From IMG/VR virus record IMGVR_UViG_2901802297_000002, positions 1 to 64,000 of that record: a stretch of DNA of 64,000 bases. The stretch is one strand, 5' to 3'. This document shows, piece by piece, positions 44,703 to 55,253 of this stretch. The translations under genes were made by a program, and so were the position numbers. Source of the DNA: a virus (Duplodnaviria; Caudoviricetes). Each line of letters starts with the position of its first letter. Within the stretch, counting starts at the first letter, position 1. The notes beneath the pieces were generated by a model. The model did no database searches. It saw nothing but the letters and a program-made list of their open reading frames with translations, and had not been told where the DNA came from.

Positions 44703-45818
44703 TCAGCTCTCCGTTGTCAGTGTTCCAAGAACAGGCATGGACCCTGCTGTTTCAGGAACAATAGGGCCTGATGGACTGGTGATATCGTAAGACGACAGCC
44801 CGATGGCCGCGACAGCTTCTTGCCATGCATTTTCATGAATGGTCACACCTGGGCCGCTCAAACGCAGAAACATATCCTGCAAAGCGGCTTTGATGAGGGC
44901 CTGATTGGCTTCAGTATTCTCAGACCCAAGATCTGAGATCACAAAGTCTGTCGCCTGGGCAATTGGCGCACACACAACCACTAGCGGTGTTGCCGGCTCT
45001 TTTTCCCATACAGCGTTTGCTACCGTGAGCTGGTCACCTGTAGCAGTTGTATAGCGCGTATCATTGCTGGACGCGCCATCTGTTCCCTGTGGGAAGCCAC
45101 CCTCTGCAGCATTTGCATCATCCATCATAACGTAGATGACTACAGAGCCAGATCCAAAGCCGTTAGGCACAACCCATGCACGGGTTACGCCCGCCACTGC
45201 TTCGGCCCACTCCTTGTAATCTGCTGCCGTGCCGTATCCACCGGGGTTCTGATAGGCATCCAGAACGCGGGAACGGAACTCATCCTGCGTTTCAATATCT
45301 GCCCCACCAGTAAAGGCAGTGCTAACGGATCCAGTCGTCTGCACACCTTCAACTGGGCTGGACAACGTAGCCAGAGATCCGGCTGCAATGTTACCGGCAG
45401 CGCCAGTGCTGGAGCACTCAGCCTGGGCAACTGTTTGACCATTTATCGTAACTGAATCTGCAGTCGTTATGGCTGAAAGCGCCCCGCCTAGAATGATTGT
45501 GGTTCCGGCCGGAATAATGTTGTTACCAGTGACAGTGAATGTAACGCTACCAGAAGCCGCTGTGGCATCCTTCAGGTAAATCCCCTTCAATGCCCCCCAT
45601 GCGGCCAGATACTCGTCTGTAGCCGTCCATGGCACGGCCTGCTTGGCTATCCAGTCCAGGTATCCATAATGCAGCCACGCCAGCCCAGCTAAGGCATAGG
45701 TAATGACAGTGATGACAGAAAAACGCAAAACGGCGGAAACATTGCTGATTCCGCCGTCTAGAACATCCTGTAATGCCTGCTGGCGCAGCTGCGTCAGCGT
45801 AGGCCGTGCATATGGCAT
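44703..45818 (-). CDS. Baseplate J/Mu gp47-like protein
   Basis: MPY.RPTL, GGADIE, DY..WA..V.GVTRAW. Confidence 0.9.
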   Translation of the reverse strand: MPYARPTLTQLRQQALQDVLDGGISNVSAVLRFSVITVITYALAGLAWLHYGYLDWIAKQAVPWTATDEYLAAWGALKGIYLKDATAASGSVTFTVTGNNIIPAGTTIILGGALSAITTADSVTINGQTVAQAECSSTGAAGNIAAGSLATLSSPVEGVQTTGSVSTAFTGGADIETQDEFRSRVLDAYQNPGGYGTAADYKEWAEAVAGVTRAWVVPNGFGSGSVVIYVMMDDANAAEGGFPQGTDGASSNDTRYTTATGDQLTVANAVWEKEPATPLVVVCAPIAQATDFVISDLGSENTEANQALIKAALQDMFLRLSGPGVTIHENAWQEAVAAIGLSSYDITSPSGPIVPETAGSMPVLGTLTTES

Positions 45819-45821
45819 CTA

Positions 45822-46322
45822 CTAGCTCATCCCTTCCCATGCCCACGAGAACAGGAATTCCTGCGTGGCCGTTTTTCCAGGTTCCGTAATTTTCACTGTG
45901 AATAGAAGTGCTGGCGCGGATCCACTGGCCCATTCTGCCGTCACGTTAATCGATTGAGCCACACCGTCCGTTACAAGCCATTCCAGTGCTTCGTAACATA
46001 TGGCCTCAACCTCACGCAGCGCAGACGTTTGGTCAGCCTTAATGGTACGCGCCATTTGCCATAGGCGAGATCCAATAGGCATTTCTGCATACGCATCTGC
46101 CCACCAGCCGCGCCGATCTTCCTTATTGGAACCAGCGGCGTCTGGAGCGCCACGAATGCCAACTGCAGCCGCATCTGCCGTAACTGTTTCTGGTGCCACG
46201 CGGTCAGTAAACAGACTGACCATAACCGCAGATTTTAACGGGCTATCAAGCGCAATATCTCCGCCCTCAATAACAAAATCGCCGCAGCATTCATTTGGTA
46301 TCCAGCGGATTGCAATGTCCAT
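45822..46322 (-). CDS. Mu gp46-like baseplate protein
   Basis: SLFTDR, RRGWWAD, GSRLW, EAL.WL..DG. Confidence 0.88.
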   Translation of the reverse strand: MDIAIRWIPNECCGDFVIEGGDIALDSPLKSAVMVSLFTDRVAPETVTADAAAVGIRGAPDAAGSNKEDRRGWWADAYAEMPIGSRLWQMARTIKADQTSALREVEAICYEALEWLVTDGVAQSINVTAEWASGSAPALLFTVKITEPGKTATQEFLFSWAWEGMS

Positions 46323-46323
46323 A

Positions 46324-46854
46324 TTATCCCTCTGGCGCGCCTGTTTCACCTGGTGCATCCGTAACTGGATGCGTGTGGTCTGTTAGGCTGATGCTGCCAG
46401 CCACAACGTCTTTCTTCCCGGTGATTGTTCCCGTAGAGGTTATGTCTCCTGAAACATCCATACCACCGCAGGTCACATTGATTTTGTTCTTACCGGTATC
46501 AATAGAAATGCTGCCATCTTCCTTCAGGATGATGGAGCTTCCTGACGTTGGGTGGAAAAGACAAACCTCTCCAGGCTGTAGACCGGGAGGCAGATGACGT
46601 TGATCACCTGTGGCAATCACAACGCCCCGTGTTCTATCGCCACCTTGAAACAGGACAGCAGCATCACAACCGGACGTTGGCCTGCTGCGAAAACCATATT
46701 GCTGCATGAGGGGAACGTCAGAGCGCATTTCACCAGCAGCCAATGCCAGCTGCATGGTAGGTGTGGATTTGCTTTCATCTGTATCTGATGTCTGGCGTGC
46801 CAGACCCAAGGCCATCATCACCCGGCGCCCAAGGCGCTGTAAAGGAGATGCCAT
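46324..46854 (-). CDS. Baseplate spike (Mu gp45-like)
   Basis: QYGF.SRP, GGDR, L.PGEV, terminal HTH iron-binding motif. Confidence 0.88.
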   Translation of the reverse strand: MASPLQRLGRRVMMALGLARQTSDTDESKSTPTMQLALAAGEMRSDVPLMQQYGFRSRPTSGCDAAVLFQGGDRTRGVVIATGDQRHLPPGLQPGEVCLFHPTSGSSIILKEDGSISIDTGKNKINVTCGGMDVSGDITSTGTITGKKDVVAGSISLTDHTHPVTDAPGETGAPEG

Positions 46855-48002
46855 CAGTCCCTGCTCACTGCTGCGGTAACTTCATTCTGTTCAGCAGGAA
46901 GCACCAAGGGCTCTGGAACAAATGCATCAGATGGCATCAACACCATATTGGCATGCGTTCCGTCTTCTCCCTGCACTAGTTCCAATTCGCCCAACAGCAG
47001 ATCATTCCGGCTGCTAGACGCGCGTGTAAGAGGGATGAGCGTATTGGGAGCCCACAATGTACCTGATCCATCCCGCCAGCTGCTAACAGTTGCCTCAATC
47101 ACCTGGGAACGCCCATAGCGCCGTGCCACTTCCCACTGCACGCGTTTACGCGCAACGCTGTAATTATCATCGGCCAACTCCACCGGGATAAGGAGTGGCC
47201 TTCGGCGTGGGACACCCGGATCTGATGCACTGGCATTAACTGGTGCTGTTTGCGCCTGCATTTGCTGAGCATGTTTGTCCCCATCAGCTGGAGGCGTAAA
47301 CAAAATGGCCGGGTTTTGAATAATGGCTTGCACACTGGAAAAACGGCCTTCCAATGATGAAAGAGAAACAAGCCGTTCCATATTAACGCCCTGCTGCACG
47401 CCTCCACTGGCAACCGTTGTTCCAACAGGACTGAGCACAATGGTGCCATCAGGCTGATCATAGAAAATACAGCCTGCCAAACGGCATACGCGTTCAATAA
47501 CCTCGTAGGCAGTTTCCGTCAGAATAACGGAAAACTGCTGTATCTGGATATCGCCCGCCCCACCTACCGCTGAAACACTGATGCCAAATGGCTGACAAAC
47601 CTGCTGGGCAATGCCCAAGGCCGTTGTGTTATTCATCTGGTATGTGGAAAACTCAGCCGAGCATTCCACCAGATCCACCGATCTGGAAGCAATGACCACA
47701 CGATATACGTGCTCCTGCGGCGTAAGCTCTTCTGATACGCTCTGCACGTATCCGGTAAGCACCGTATCTCCGCCAATAGACAGAACACACGCCGCTCCGG
47801 CAGGGATATCCACGCTGGCTCCTGTATCTGGCTGATACAGAGTTGTTTCCAGCATGGCTGTCCAGGGCATGATATCCACCCCCATGCGAATGGAAACTCT
47901 ACCCCAGCCTGAAATTTGGTTCCCATTGACTGTGATTGAAACTGCATTGGATGCTGTCTGATCATAGCCAACAAATTCAGATACTGTTGAAAGCACAGAC
48001 AT
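46854..48002 (-). CDS. Baseplate hub (Mu gp44-like)
   Basis: GW..VSI, VLTGYV, DLVECS, LWAPNT. Confidence 0.85.
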   Translation of the reverse strand: MSVLSTVSEFVGYDQTASNAVSITVNGNQISGWGRVSIRMGVDIMPWTAMLETTLYQPDTGASVDIPAGAACVLSIGGDTVLTGYVQSVSEELTPQEHVYRVVIASRSVDLVECSAEFSTYQMNNTTALGIAQQVCQPFGISVSAVGGAGDIQIQQFSVILTETAYEVIERVCRLAGCIFYDQPDGTIVLSPVGTTVASGGVQQGVNMERLVSLSSLEGRFSSVQAIIQNPAILFTPPADGDKHAQQMQAQTAPVNASASDPGVPRRRPLLIPVELADDNYSVARKRVQWEVARRYGRSQVIEATVSSWRDGSGTLWAPNTLIPLTRASSSRNDLLLGELELVQGEDGTHANMVLMPSDAFVPEPLVLPAEQNEVTAAVSRD

Positions 48003-49300
48003 CAGGAAGACAAAGCCTCAAACTGCGTGGGCATAAATGCGGGATGTATGGGATCTGCCCGCCGGATCAGATCTGGCGCCCTGCTGGCATCTGCATATAG
48101 CTGCTGCCCCAGAACCAGAGCTGGAACCGGTGCGTTGCGTGTGACGGTAATCTGGTCAGGCAGTTGGCTTGCACGCTGCGACAGATCTGTTGTGACCTGA
48201 ACACGAAGTGAGCGAAGAGCCCGCCACATATCATCAAGCCCTGCATCTGCTGCCTCTGTGGCGGCATCATCCAGCAAGGTAGCCACACGCAACCGTAGGT
48301 TTTCTGCTTCCTCAGCTGATGTTGGCTGCCAGGTGGCACATGCCAGCGCGATAGACGTAAAGGCCATCCAGCAGCAGATCTGCGCGGTAGATGTAGATGC
48401 CGTGGCAATAGCGGATCCGATAGGTGCTGATGATGGCGTAACATCAATCTTATACGTGGCCATTGGCAGCAATACGCTAATCTGCGTGCCCGGATCATTG
48501 ATGGCTTGACGCAGTTGCTCGGTAACATTCAGCACAGCATCAGCTAGGGAAGTTGCTGTAGTTTGCTCTTGGGCATTTTCAATCAGGCTATCAATTTTCG
48601 TTCGGGAAGCTGTTAGATTCTGCAGGACGGAATCAACGGTTGCCGTGCTATCTATTGTCCCGGCATTCCCCGCAGCATAACGCCCATTATTGCCTGGTAG
48701 CGTAGCAATGGCCGCACTGTTTACACGTGGTGAACGTATGGCAGAACTGGCCAAGTTTCCCCATCCACCAACAACGCTTTGAGCTGCGGAAATAACCGGG
48801 CTGCCAACAGACAGGGATGATGTGACCGCACCTGAATACGTGGTGCTGCCGACCATCTGTGCGGCCAAAGCTGCCGCGCCAATGGCTGCATCCAGAGATG
48901 TTTGAATGATTGTGCTGAGATAGTTTTTCTGTTCCAGAAAATCGAAATCAACATCAATACGGCCCATAATGCCGTCTGGTTCCATCCATGAGAAATTGCT
49001 TAATGTAACCCGCAAAATCCCAAGTGTTGGGTGAACCAGCAAACCGGCATCTGCCGCTTCTGCTGCGTTAATCAGCAGATCTCTCTGCGCCATATATTCA
49101 GGCCCGCACACAAACCCACGCACATGATACATCCGGGCACGGCGCCCCAGATCTTCTGTCCATACGCCATCACGGTATGGATAATCATGCACAGCCTGCT
49201 TGCGGCCTGCCTGCCCGCCGCTGCCCAGCACAACAAACGGAACGCCCCAGAAGGAGCATTGCAAATACTCTTCTGCCAGAGTGGTAAGTGTGCCGGACAT
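48002..49300 (-). CDS. DNA circularisation/tail initiator protein (Mu gp43-like)
   Basis: SF.GVPF, H.YPYRD, EDLGR, LVHPTLG, HPAFMP. Confidence 0.88.
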   Translation of the reverse strand: MSGTLTTLAEEYLQCSFWGVPFVVLGSGGQAGRKQAVHDYPYRDGVWTEDLGRRARMYHVRGFVCGPEYMAQRDLLINAAEAADAGLLVHPTLGILRVTLSNFSWMEPDGIMGRIDVDFDFLEQKNYLSTIIQTSLDAAIGAAALAAQMVGSTTYSGAVTSSLSVGSPVISAAQSVVGGWGNLASSAIRSPRVNSAAIATLPGNNGRYAAGNAGTIDSTATVDSVLQNLTASRTKIDSLIENAQEQTTATSLADAVLNVTEQLRQAINDPGTQISVLLPMATYKIDVTPSSAPIGSAIATASTSTAQICCWMAFTSIALACATWQPTSAEEAENLRLRVATLLDDAATEAADAGLDDMWRALRSLRVQVTTDLSQRASQLPDQITVTRNAPVPALVLGQQLYADASRAPDLIRRADPIHPAFMPTQFEALSS

Positions 49301-49304
49301 GGCG

Positions 49305-51242
49305 TTAATTCCCTATGGAACTGTTTTCAGGATCCATCGCACGTTGCTGCTTAACGCTGGCAACATGCAGATTATCGCTACGGCTGGTTGCTTTTACCGT
49401 GGTGCCTGCTGGTGTTTTCGCAGTAACGTGCACATCCATTTGCACCTTCCCTGCAGAAGCATCTGTTAAAGCTGCTGGTCTGGAAGAAAGATCCGCCTGA
49501 AACCCAGAAATGAACCCGCGACCACGTTGGATATCATCTAGCGTTCCGTCTCCTGGTCGCAGAAAATCCGTTGTGAAGCGGCTCATTGCCTCTTCGGGAC
49601 TACGAGAGGTGGCAAACCGCGCAAACTGCGATGGATAATGCTTTTTGTAATAAGCAAGGGCAGCCTGTGTTTGGGTAGGCACATCAGCTCCCCATACATC
49701 TATGCCTTGCTCCTTAAGAATTTCATCACGTGTGCCTTGCAGAAATTGATAGGCACCCCGCGCTGATGAAACTGGATTAGCTGCATTTGGATCAAGATGT
49801 GATTCTGCAACGCCTGCCGCGGCTGTGCCTATAATGGCATTATCATTGATTCCTAGACGGTTATTCTGGCGCAAATATCCGACAAGGTTTCCACCACGAA
49901 GTTGATCTTGGGCTGAAGATCCATAGCCTGGAGGATCATAACCGTAGATCTTCCGGAACATCCATGCGTAACCGCTTTCAATTTGAGAGACACCCGGCAG
50001 ACTTTCTATCCAATCTCTATTTGCGGCCTGTTGATCTGGCGTCGTTCCTTGCTGAAGCGTTTTCCATGCTTGGAACGCTGCAAGCAATGTCATCACGCGG
50101 CTTAAACCGCCACGCTGGGCAACAATGCCTCCGACTGCCTTGCTAACCTCCAGCAACCCCCATGTGAGTGATGCAATACCCGTAATAACTGGCGCGGCCC
50201 ATAGAACAGCTATGCCAATAAATGCATCTTTTGCAGCAGCTTTCCATCCTCCCAGATAGTCAACGACACTTTTTATATGCTGCATTACGCCAGAAATTTG
50301 GGATTTTATCTTATCCCAGCCACCTGTTTGCAGCCATTTCACCACACGTCTGACGTAACCTGCCAGATCCTGCGCTATCCAGTCCCTGTTGGCTGCAATC
50401 CATTCTGCCATCTGGTGCAGCACGGGAGTGATAACTGGTGCTAACGTCTGAGCTATGGAGTATCCAAACCCCTCCACAGCCATAGAAAGCTCTTGCTGGG
50501 ACTTTTGCAGCTTGGCTGCTGCATCGGCCCCTTCCTCATTCATCACGCCATAGCGTTTGGCCAGACGAATGTTATCTTGGAACGCGCGCCCTGTTTGCTG
50601 GAAGATTGGAAGCAGCCCTGCCCCTGCCTCTCCAAACAGTTTGGTAGCTGCTATTGTTTGGGCCGCTGGTGTTTTGAGAGACCGGATGCGGGCAGCAATA
50701 CGGGCAAAAATCTGATCTGGGGAAAGCTGCTTCAGCTCTTTCATGCTGATGCCCAGCGCCTGAAATTGTGCAGCAGCTTCTGGAGCAAACCCGTTTACGG
50801 CTTCCCACTTCTGGGTAGAAAGCTGCCCCAGGGCACTGCTCATGGCATCGGCAGATCCTCCCGAAAGCCGAGCCGCGTTGCGCAGCGCCATCAGCCGGCC
50901 CGGGTTCATTCCGATACTACGCGCAGTTGTGCGCAGATTAGTGCCAAAAGTAGCCCAGGCAGAAGCCAGCTTGTACACACCAGCAATAGAGGATGCGCTG
51001 GTAAGGATACCCATTTCAGGCACCAGACGCCCGACAGATCTAAATGCGCTCAATGTAGAGCGCGATAGATCTGCCATGCCCTTACGCATGCGCGTAACGC
51101 CGGTGATATCAAAAAACCTCTTTAGGCTCCGCTGTGCATGACGCACTGGAGCCTGCAGAGAGGCTATTTTGTTATTGATGCCATCCAGCTTGCGACTGAG
51201 CTTGTCATTGGCACTGAGCGTAAGACTAACGGCTGCGCCCAC
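49305..51242 (-). CDS. Tape measure protein with C-terminal lysozyme-like domain
   Basis: Helical repeats; AES.LDP.A.N....A.GAYQF motif. Confidence 0.85.
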   Translation of the reverse strand: MGAAVSLTLSANDKLSRKLDGINNKIASLQAPVRHAQRSLKRFFDITGVTRMRKGMADLSRSTLSAFRSVGRLVPEMGILTSASSIAGVYKLASAWATFGTNLRTTARSIGMNPGRLMALRNAARLSGGSADAMSSALGQLSTQKWEAVNGFAPEAAAQFQALGISMKELKQLSPDQIFARIAARIRSLKTPAAQTIAATKLFGEAGAGLLPIFQQTGRAFQDNIRLAKRYGVMNEEGADAAAKLQKSQQELSMAVEGFGYSIAQTLAPVITPVLHQMAEWIAANRDWIAQDLAGYVRRVVKWLQTGGWDKIKSQISGVMQHIKSVVDYLGGWKAAAKDAFIGIAVLWAAPVITGIASLTWGLLEVSKAVGGIVAQRGGLSRVMTLLAAFQAWKTLQQGTTPDQQAANRDWIESLPGVSQIESGYAWMFRKIYGYDPPGYGSSAQDQLRGGNLVGYLRQNNRLGINDNAIIGTAAAGVAESHLDPNAANPVSSARGAYQFLQGTRDEILKEQGIDVWGADVPTQTQAALAYYKKHYPSQFARFATSRSPEEAMSRFTTDFLRPGDGTLDDIQRGRGFISGFQADLSSRPAALTDASAGKVQMDVHVTAKTPAGTTVKATSRSDNLHVASVKQQRAMDPENSSIGN

Positions 51243-51411
51243 GGGCCATGCTCTCCTTGCGCTGTTTTTCCGCTATACGGTTGGCCTGCTTTACCCAGAA
51301 CATCATCTGGCTACCGCTCAGCCCTTCAACATCAGATAGAGACCAGCCCGAGAACACGGTGCAGAGATCTGCGGTCAGTTGTTCCCAGTTGTCCGGCCAT
51401 GCATAAAAAAA
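51226..51411 (-). CDS. P2 gpE'-like extension produced by -1 frameshift
   Basis: T7 run at 51405-51411; -1 frame reads ...ADLCTVFSGWSLSDVEGLSGSQMMFWVKQA. Confidence 0.75.
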   Translation of the reverse strand, partial: FFYAWPDNWEQLTADLCTVFSGWSLSDVEGLSGSQMMFWVKQANRIAEKQRKESMARGRSR

Positions 51412-52025
51412 CCGGTCAGATAATCCGCTGCACGAGCAAACTTACTAATCGGCATCTTGAGGACTGCTGCCTTTGGCCAGCAGCTGATCCGTTCTACGAG
51501 ATCGATCTCGCCAGACATGAGCCCTTCAAACGTCTGGCGTGATTCAAACGATTTGAATGCACGGCGTTCTGACACTACCGGCTCACGCAGTTCCATAACG
51601 TTGAAGGTTTTGCCCACAGCCTCAATGCCAGGCTTAAACGTGATCGTCAGTTCTGGTGTGAGATCCGGTTCCTCGTCAGGGTTCCGCCGTGCATCTTCCT
51701 CAAAATGACCAAGGAAGTCAGTTGCTGCATCCAGAATATGAGAGGGCAACTGATCTACGGCTAGACGAGGCCATTTACTGATCTGGCAAACCATACTGAT
51801 CTGGGAATCATAAATGCTTTCCAGAGTAGGTTTGCGACCAATAACCTTGGTGGCCTGTAGCGCATGAAACACAGCAGGCTCATGCAATTTCAGGGTTTCG
51901 AATGTTTCTCCACCCTTGATTGTAATCGGCTTTTCCAGATGAAAAACACCAGGAATTTCCTCGACAACTTCCTCCTGAGGATCACTCATGGCAGACAGAA
52001 CATCTTCATCGCTCAGCATGGTCAC
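51375..52025 (-). CDS. Tail assembly chaperone (duplicated gp41/gpE-like domain)
   Basis: Two copies of KP.....TF....L.EP.V...IS.WP..AV..(L/M)P. Confidence 0.8.
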   Translation of the reverse strand: MTMLSDEDVLSAMSDPQEEVVEEIPGVFHLEKPITIKGGETFETLKLHEPAVFHALQATKVIGRKPTLESIYDSQISMVCQISKWPRLAVDQLPSHILDAATDFLGHFEEDARRNPDEEPDLTPELTITFKPGIEAVGKTFNVMELREPVVSERRAFKSFESRQTFEGLMSGEIDLVERISCWPKAAVLKMPISKFARAADYLTGFFMHGRTTGNN

Positions 52026-52405
52026 GATACAGTATCCTCGGTCATGGTGTCGCTTTCCACCCGGAATTCAAACGTGCCTTCCTGAGTGTTGACGTTGATG
52101 ACTTCAACCTGCCAGCCATTGACACACGTAATAATCTTGCCATTTGCCAAGGTTGCCACCACGTCAAAACCACTGCCGCCCTGCAAGTCAGAAATCTTCA
52201 TATCCCGGCGGTCACGCAGGGTTGCCTGAATGAACCCCTGGTTGGGCATGGACGAAAAACCCTCAACGGTTGTCTGACCTTTGAGGGTTTCATTCTGGTT
52301 TCCTGAGGGCTGCCATTGCAGTTCCCCCACTACGTTAAACGGCACACCATTGATTGTAAGGGATGCGACACCCGCTAGGGGGCCGCGATAAAGAGAACCC
52401 GACAT
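52022..52405 (-). CDS. Tail tube protein
   Basis: ET..GQ..V.GF, LANGK; follows sheath. Confidence 0.85.
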   Translation of the reverse strand: MSGSLYRGPLAGVASLTINGVPFNVVGELQWQPSGNQNETLKGQTTVEGFSSMPNQGFIQATLRDRRDMKISDLQGGSGFDVVATLANGKIITCVNGWQVEVINVNTQEGTFEFRVESDTMTEDTVS

Positions 52406-52416
52406 ATTTTCCCCGT

Positions 52417-53892
52417 TCAGGATGTCACAAACTGGGCATCGCCTGCGATAACCCAGAGCTGATCAGCAAATTTGAATGGCAGCAGCATTTTCACCACACC
52501 ATTCCCGGCATTTTCAGAGACCAGATTGGCAGAGAACGTGCTGGGGTCTTGCGCCCAGAGCTGCTGGCATTGCCAGTTGTAGCGGGCTGCTGCGGCTTTT
52601 CCGACCAACTGTGCCGTAGTTGCCTTCGCGCCAGCAGGAATTTTGCTGCCATCAACAACCAGAATGAACCGATTAAACGTGGATGCCAGATACGAACGCA
52701 TATCCTGCAGGCAGACTTCTGCCGTCAGAAGACGTTCAATATCCAGATAGCTATTGTCGGACACACCCGCACTGTTGGTCTGATAGGTTGTGATCAGACG
52801 TTCCGTCAGTACCGTATTATCATCGGCCACGGTGAAGGTGGACAGGCCATCATACAGCAGGCTGGCACGCTCATCGAATGTGAAGCGCCCTGCATCCGTT
52901 GGTGGCAAAACGGAAAGGGATAGGCCGCGAACAGGAAGGGCAGGATTTTCCCGCATGGACACTGCCGTAACAGCCATCAGCTGGGCAGCCCAGATCATGG
53001 GAGAAGATGGGCTATCCGAAATAGGCATGATGGTGCCGTGCGGATCATTCTGCGTAATGCCGAACGCTGTTGCCTGCCCATATGTGCCACGATACGCTGC
53101 GATATGGTGACCATAAAGCTGCCTCATGGGAGACCAGTTACCGCTTGTATTGTCAAACAGCTGCTTGAACGCGTTCAGGCTCGCTGTATCGACATACGGA
53201 TGGGCATAGAGGTCATAGACACGCTCCCCCAGATTAGCCAGTGCTGTAGCCAGCGTGGTGGGGTTTTGTGTGCCACCAGACATCTGGGTGATGGCAACAG
53301 ACAAGCCTGCAGGAACAGACTGCCCCCCAGCGGTGCCCAACAGGCAGGAACCCAACAGGATATCATTCCCGGCCAAGCCTTTGTTCAAGGCCGTTGCCGT
53401 GATTGTTCCATTAGATGCAGTAAGGGAAACTGGCAGCGTGGTAACAGACTTGGCTGCAGTGATCACATTGGCGGCAACTGTTGCGGCTGTATCCCCAGAG
53501 GAAACGCCTACCGGGATCAGAACATCCCCAACATACAGAGGCAGTGTACCATCAGCTGTTGCTGTGCCAGTAATGGCCCATGTGCCACTGGCCGCTTTTG
53601 AGGCGGCATCATCTTCCAGAGGCAGCACCCACAGTTCACCGGAGCTATCCAGATCACGGTAGGCTTTGACCATCAATGCACACTGGGAGCCAAGTCCATA
53701 TTTGGCTACAGCGTCTGAATAGCCTCCAGATATCTCGGCAACGTTAGCAGTGGCACTGCCAGTGCTAAGCATCTGGGCAACAATAATGACGCGCCGTGCA
53801 GCGCTGGCAGTATTGGCTGCAGAATTATCCAAGGCAAAATAGAAGCCCGGAACACGGTTATTGTCTGAATAACCGGGGATTGTAACAGTCAA
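52417..53892 (-). CDS. Tail sheath protein (Mu-like)
   Basis: RVPGFY...DNS.A, G.GS, ER..LL.DG.ST, ITTYQ.N..G..D.SYLD. Confidence 0.92.
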   Translation of the reverse strand: MTVTIPGYSDNNRVPGFYFALDNSAANTASAARRVIIVAQMLSTGSATANVAEISGGYSDAVAKYGLGSQCALMVKAYRDLDSSGELWVLPLEDDAASKAASGTWAITGTATADGTLPLYVGDVLIPVGVSSGDTAATVAANVITAAKSVTTLPVSLTASNGTITATALNKGLAGNDILLGSCLLGTAGGQSVPAGLSVAITQMSGGTQNPTTLATALANLGERVYDLYAHPYVDTASLNAFKQLFDNTSGNWSPMRQLYGHHIAAYRGTYGQATAFGITQNDPHGTIMPISDSPSSPMIWAAQLMAVTAVSMRENPALPVRGLSLSVLPPTDAGRFTFDERASLLYDGLSTFTVADDNTVLTERLITTYQTNSAGVSDNSYLDIERLLTAEVCLQDMRSYLASTFNRFILVVDGSKIPAGAKATTAQLVGKAAAARYNWQCQQLWAQDPSTFSANLVSENAGNGVVKMLLPFKFADQLWVIAGDAQFVTS

Positions 53893-54096
53893 TTACGCCC
53901 CCTTGTCTGTTTGCGCCTGAGCAGGGGCTGCAGCCGGCACGCTCTGGCTGGTTGTTGGGGTTGCTTTCTGCACATCGCCACGCGCCAGCGCACGCAGCCA
54001 GAAGCTTGTGTCGGGCACATTTTCACCTGCTGCATTCAGCAGGCGCTTTGTGCCAGGCCACCGGACCGATCGGCCCTGTGCCGGTTTTACAAACAT
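53893..54096 (-). CDS. DUF2635-like small tail protein
   Basis: MFVKPA.GR.VR.P...G..VP...FW.R....GDV. Confidence 0.85.
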   Translation of the reverse strand: MFVKPAQGRSVRWPGTKRLLNAAGENVPDTSFWLRALARGDVQKATPTTSQSVPAAAPAQAQTDKGA

Positions 54097-54105
54097 GGAG
54101 AATTC

Positions 54106-54624
54106 CTATTGAGGAAAATCAACGCGCAGGCCGGGAGTGGTCATGCCTTCATCCGCAGTACCTACACGGCCAGTAATTTCTTGAAGATCTACACCGGGAA
54201 CAGGGTAGTCCTGCTGGTATTCCAGACCGAATGTGATTTTTACAGCACCCAGATGATCTTCCGCCTCATCCAGCAAACCTTGTTCCAGATTGAAATCTGT
54301 TACCTGCGATATAGATCTTTGCAGATCCTGATCGCACATCACGGACATTTCGATCTGCTCGGCGATATGGTCCATATTCTCCCGAACCTGTTCGGGAGTG
54401 CCACCAGCAACTTTTGCCACAACCTCAACTTTTACAATCTTATTGAAGCCCGGTTGAGCACGCCCAAATGACGTGCCCGTTTCGGAAGGTATGGCAACAA
54501 AGATAACCGGAAGCATTTCTGGTTTTACAGGTGCCGTGCGATGCGTAAAAACACTTTGTCCGGCGTCAGTAGTCTTCCGGAGCAATGCCGCAATTTTGTC
54601 GCGGAACATGACCCGATACAGCAT
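54106..54624 (-). CDS. Tail terminator/completion protein
   Basis: T.AG..VF..R..P; position. Confidence 0.7.
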   Translation of the reverse strand: MLYRVMFRDKIAALLRKTTDAGQSVFTHRTAPVKPEMLPVIFVAIPSETGTSFGRAQPGFNKIVKVEVVAKVAGGTPEQVRENMDHIAEQIEMSVMCDQDLQRSISQVTDFNLEQGLLDEAEDHLGAVKITFGLEYQQDYPVPGVDLQEITGRVGTADEGMTTPGLRVDFPQ

Positions 54625-54967
54625 TTTCACCGTCCGCCTTGTTCAGCAGAATGTCAGCAGCACCATGGCTATCAGGCTGGACCTCACGCACACGGTATTG
54701 TTTCCCGCGTATGACGAAAAGATCACCCTGCTGTGGTGCTGACACAAACTGCGAGAGTTGAACACCTAACCGCGCATCTGCCGTAGTCACATGCGTTGGA
54801 GAAAGGCCGTCCACAATTTCGAGTGGCATGGCTTTATAGCCATTATCGAAAATACCGGTAACGGGAACAGGATCTGGATTGAGGGAGGAAATCCATTGGA
54901 CTTCCTCCCCGAACACATTCTGGCATGGGGCCAGAACCAGTTGATCCCAATCTACTGGGCCGACCAT
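54566..54967 (-). CDS. Head-tail joining protein
   Basis: GIFD, P.QGD...I.G..Y.V.EV.PD..G. Confidence 0.75.
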   Translation of the reverse strand: MVGPVDWDQLVLAPCQNVFGEEVQWISSLNPDPVPVTGIFDNGYKAMPLEIVDGLSPTHVTTADARLGVQLSQFVSAPQQGDLFVIRGKQYRVREVQPDSHGAADILLNKADGENAVSGHVPRQNCGIAPEDY

Positions 54968-54968
54968 A

Positions 54969-55250
54969 TCAGGCCTGTGTAGCCGGTGGTGCTTTCATGT
55001 CCGGCGCAGGCGGCATGGATGCGGCCTGCAATGTATTGGGAGCAGGCTGCTCACCATCACGGGCCACACGGGCAATCTTGCGCGCTACCCACAGATCTGC
55101 ACGATATTTGGGAACAGGCATCTTGGTGCCTACAGGCCACGGACGGCGCCCAACCTGCGGATAAACAGGGATAAGCGTGACGACATCAACTGTGTCGCCC
55201 TTCTGCACACTCTTCTTGGGTGCATCAGGCGTTGTGTTTTGTTCTGTCAT
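54969..55250 (-). CDS. Hypothetical head-region protein (gpFI-like position)
   Basis: Follows major capsid gene. Confidence 0.6.
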   Translation of the reverse strand: MTEQNTTPDAPKKSVQKGDTVDVVTLIPVYPQVGRRPWPVGTKMPVPKYRADLWVARKIARVARDGEQPAPNTLQAASMPPAPDMKAPPATQA

Positions 55251-55253
55251 TTA

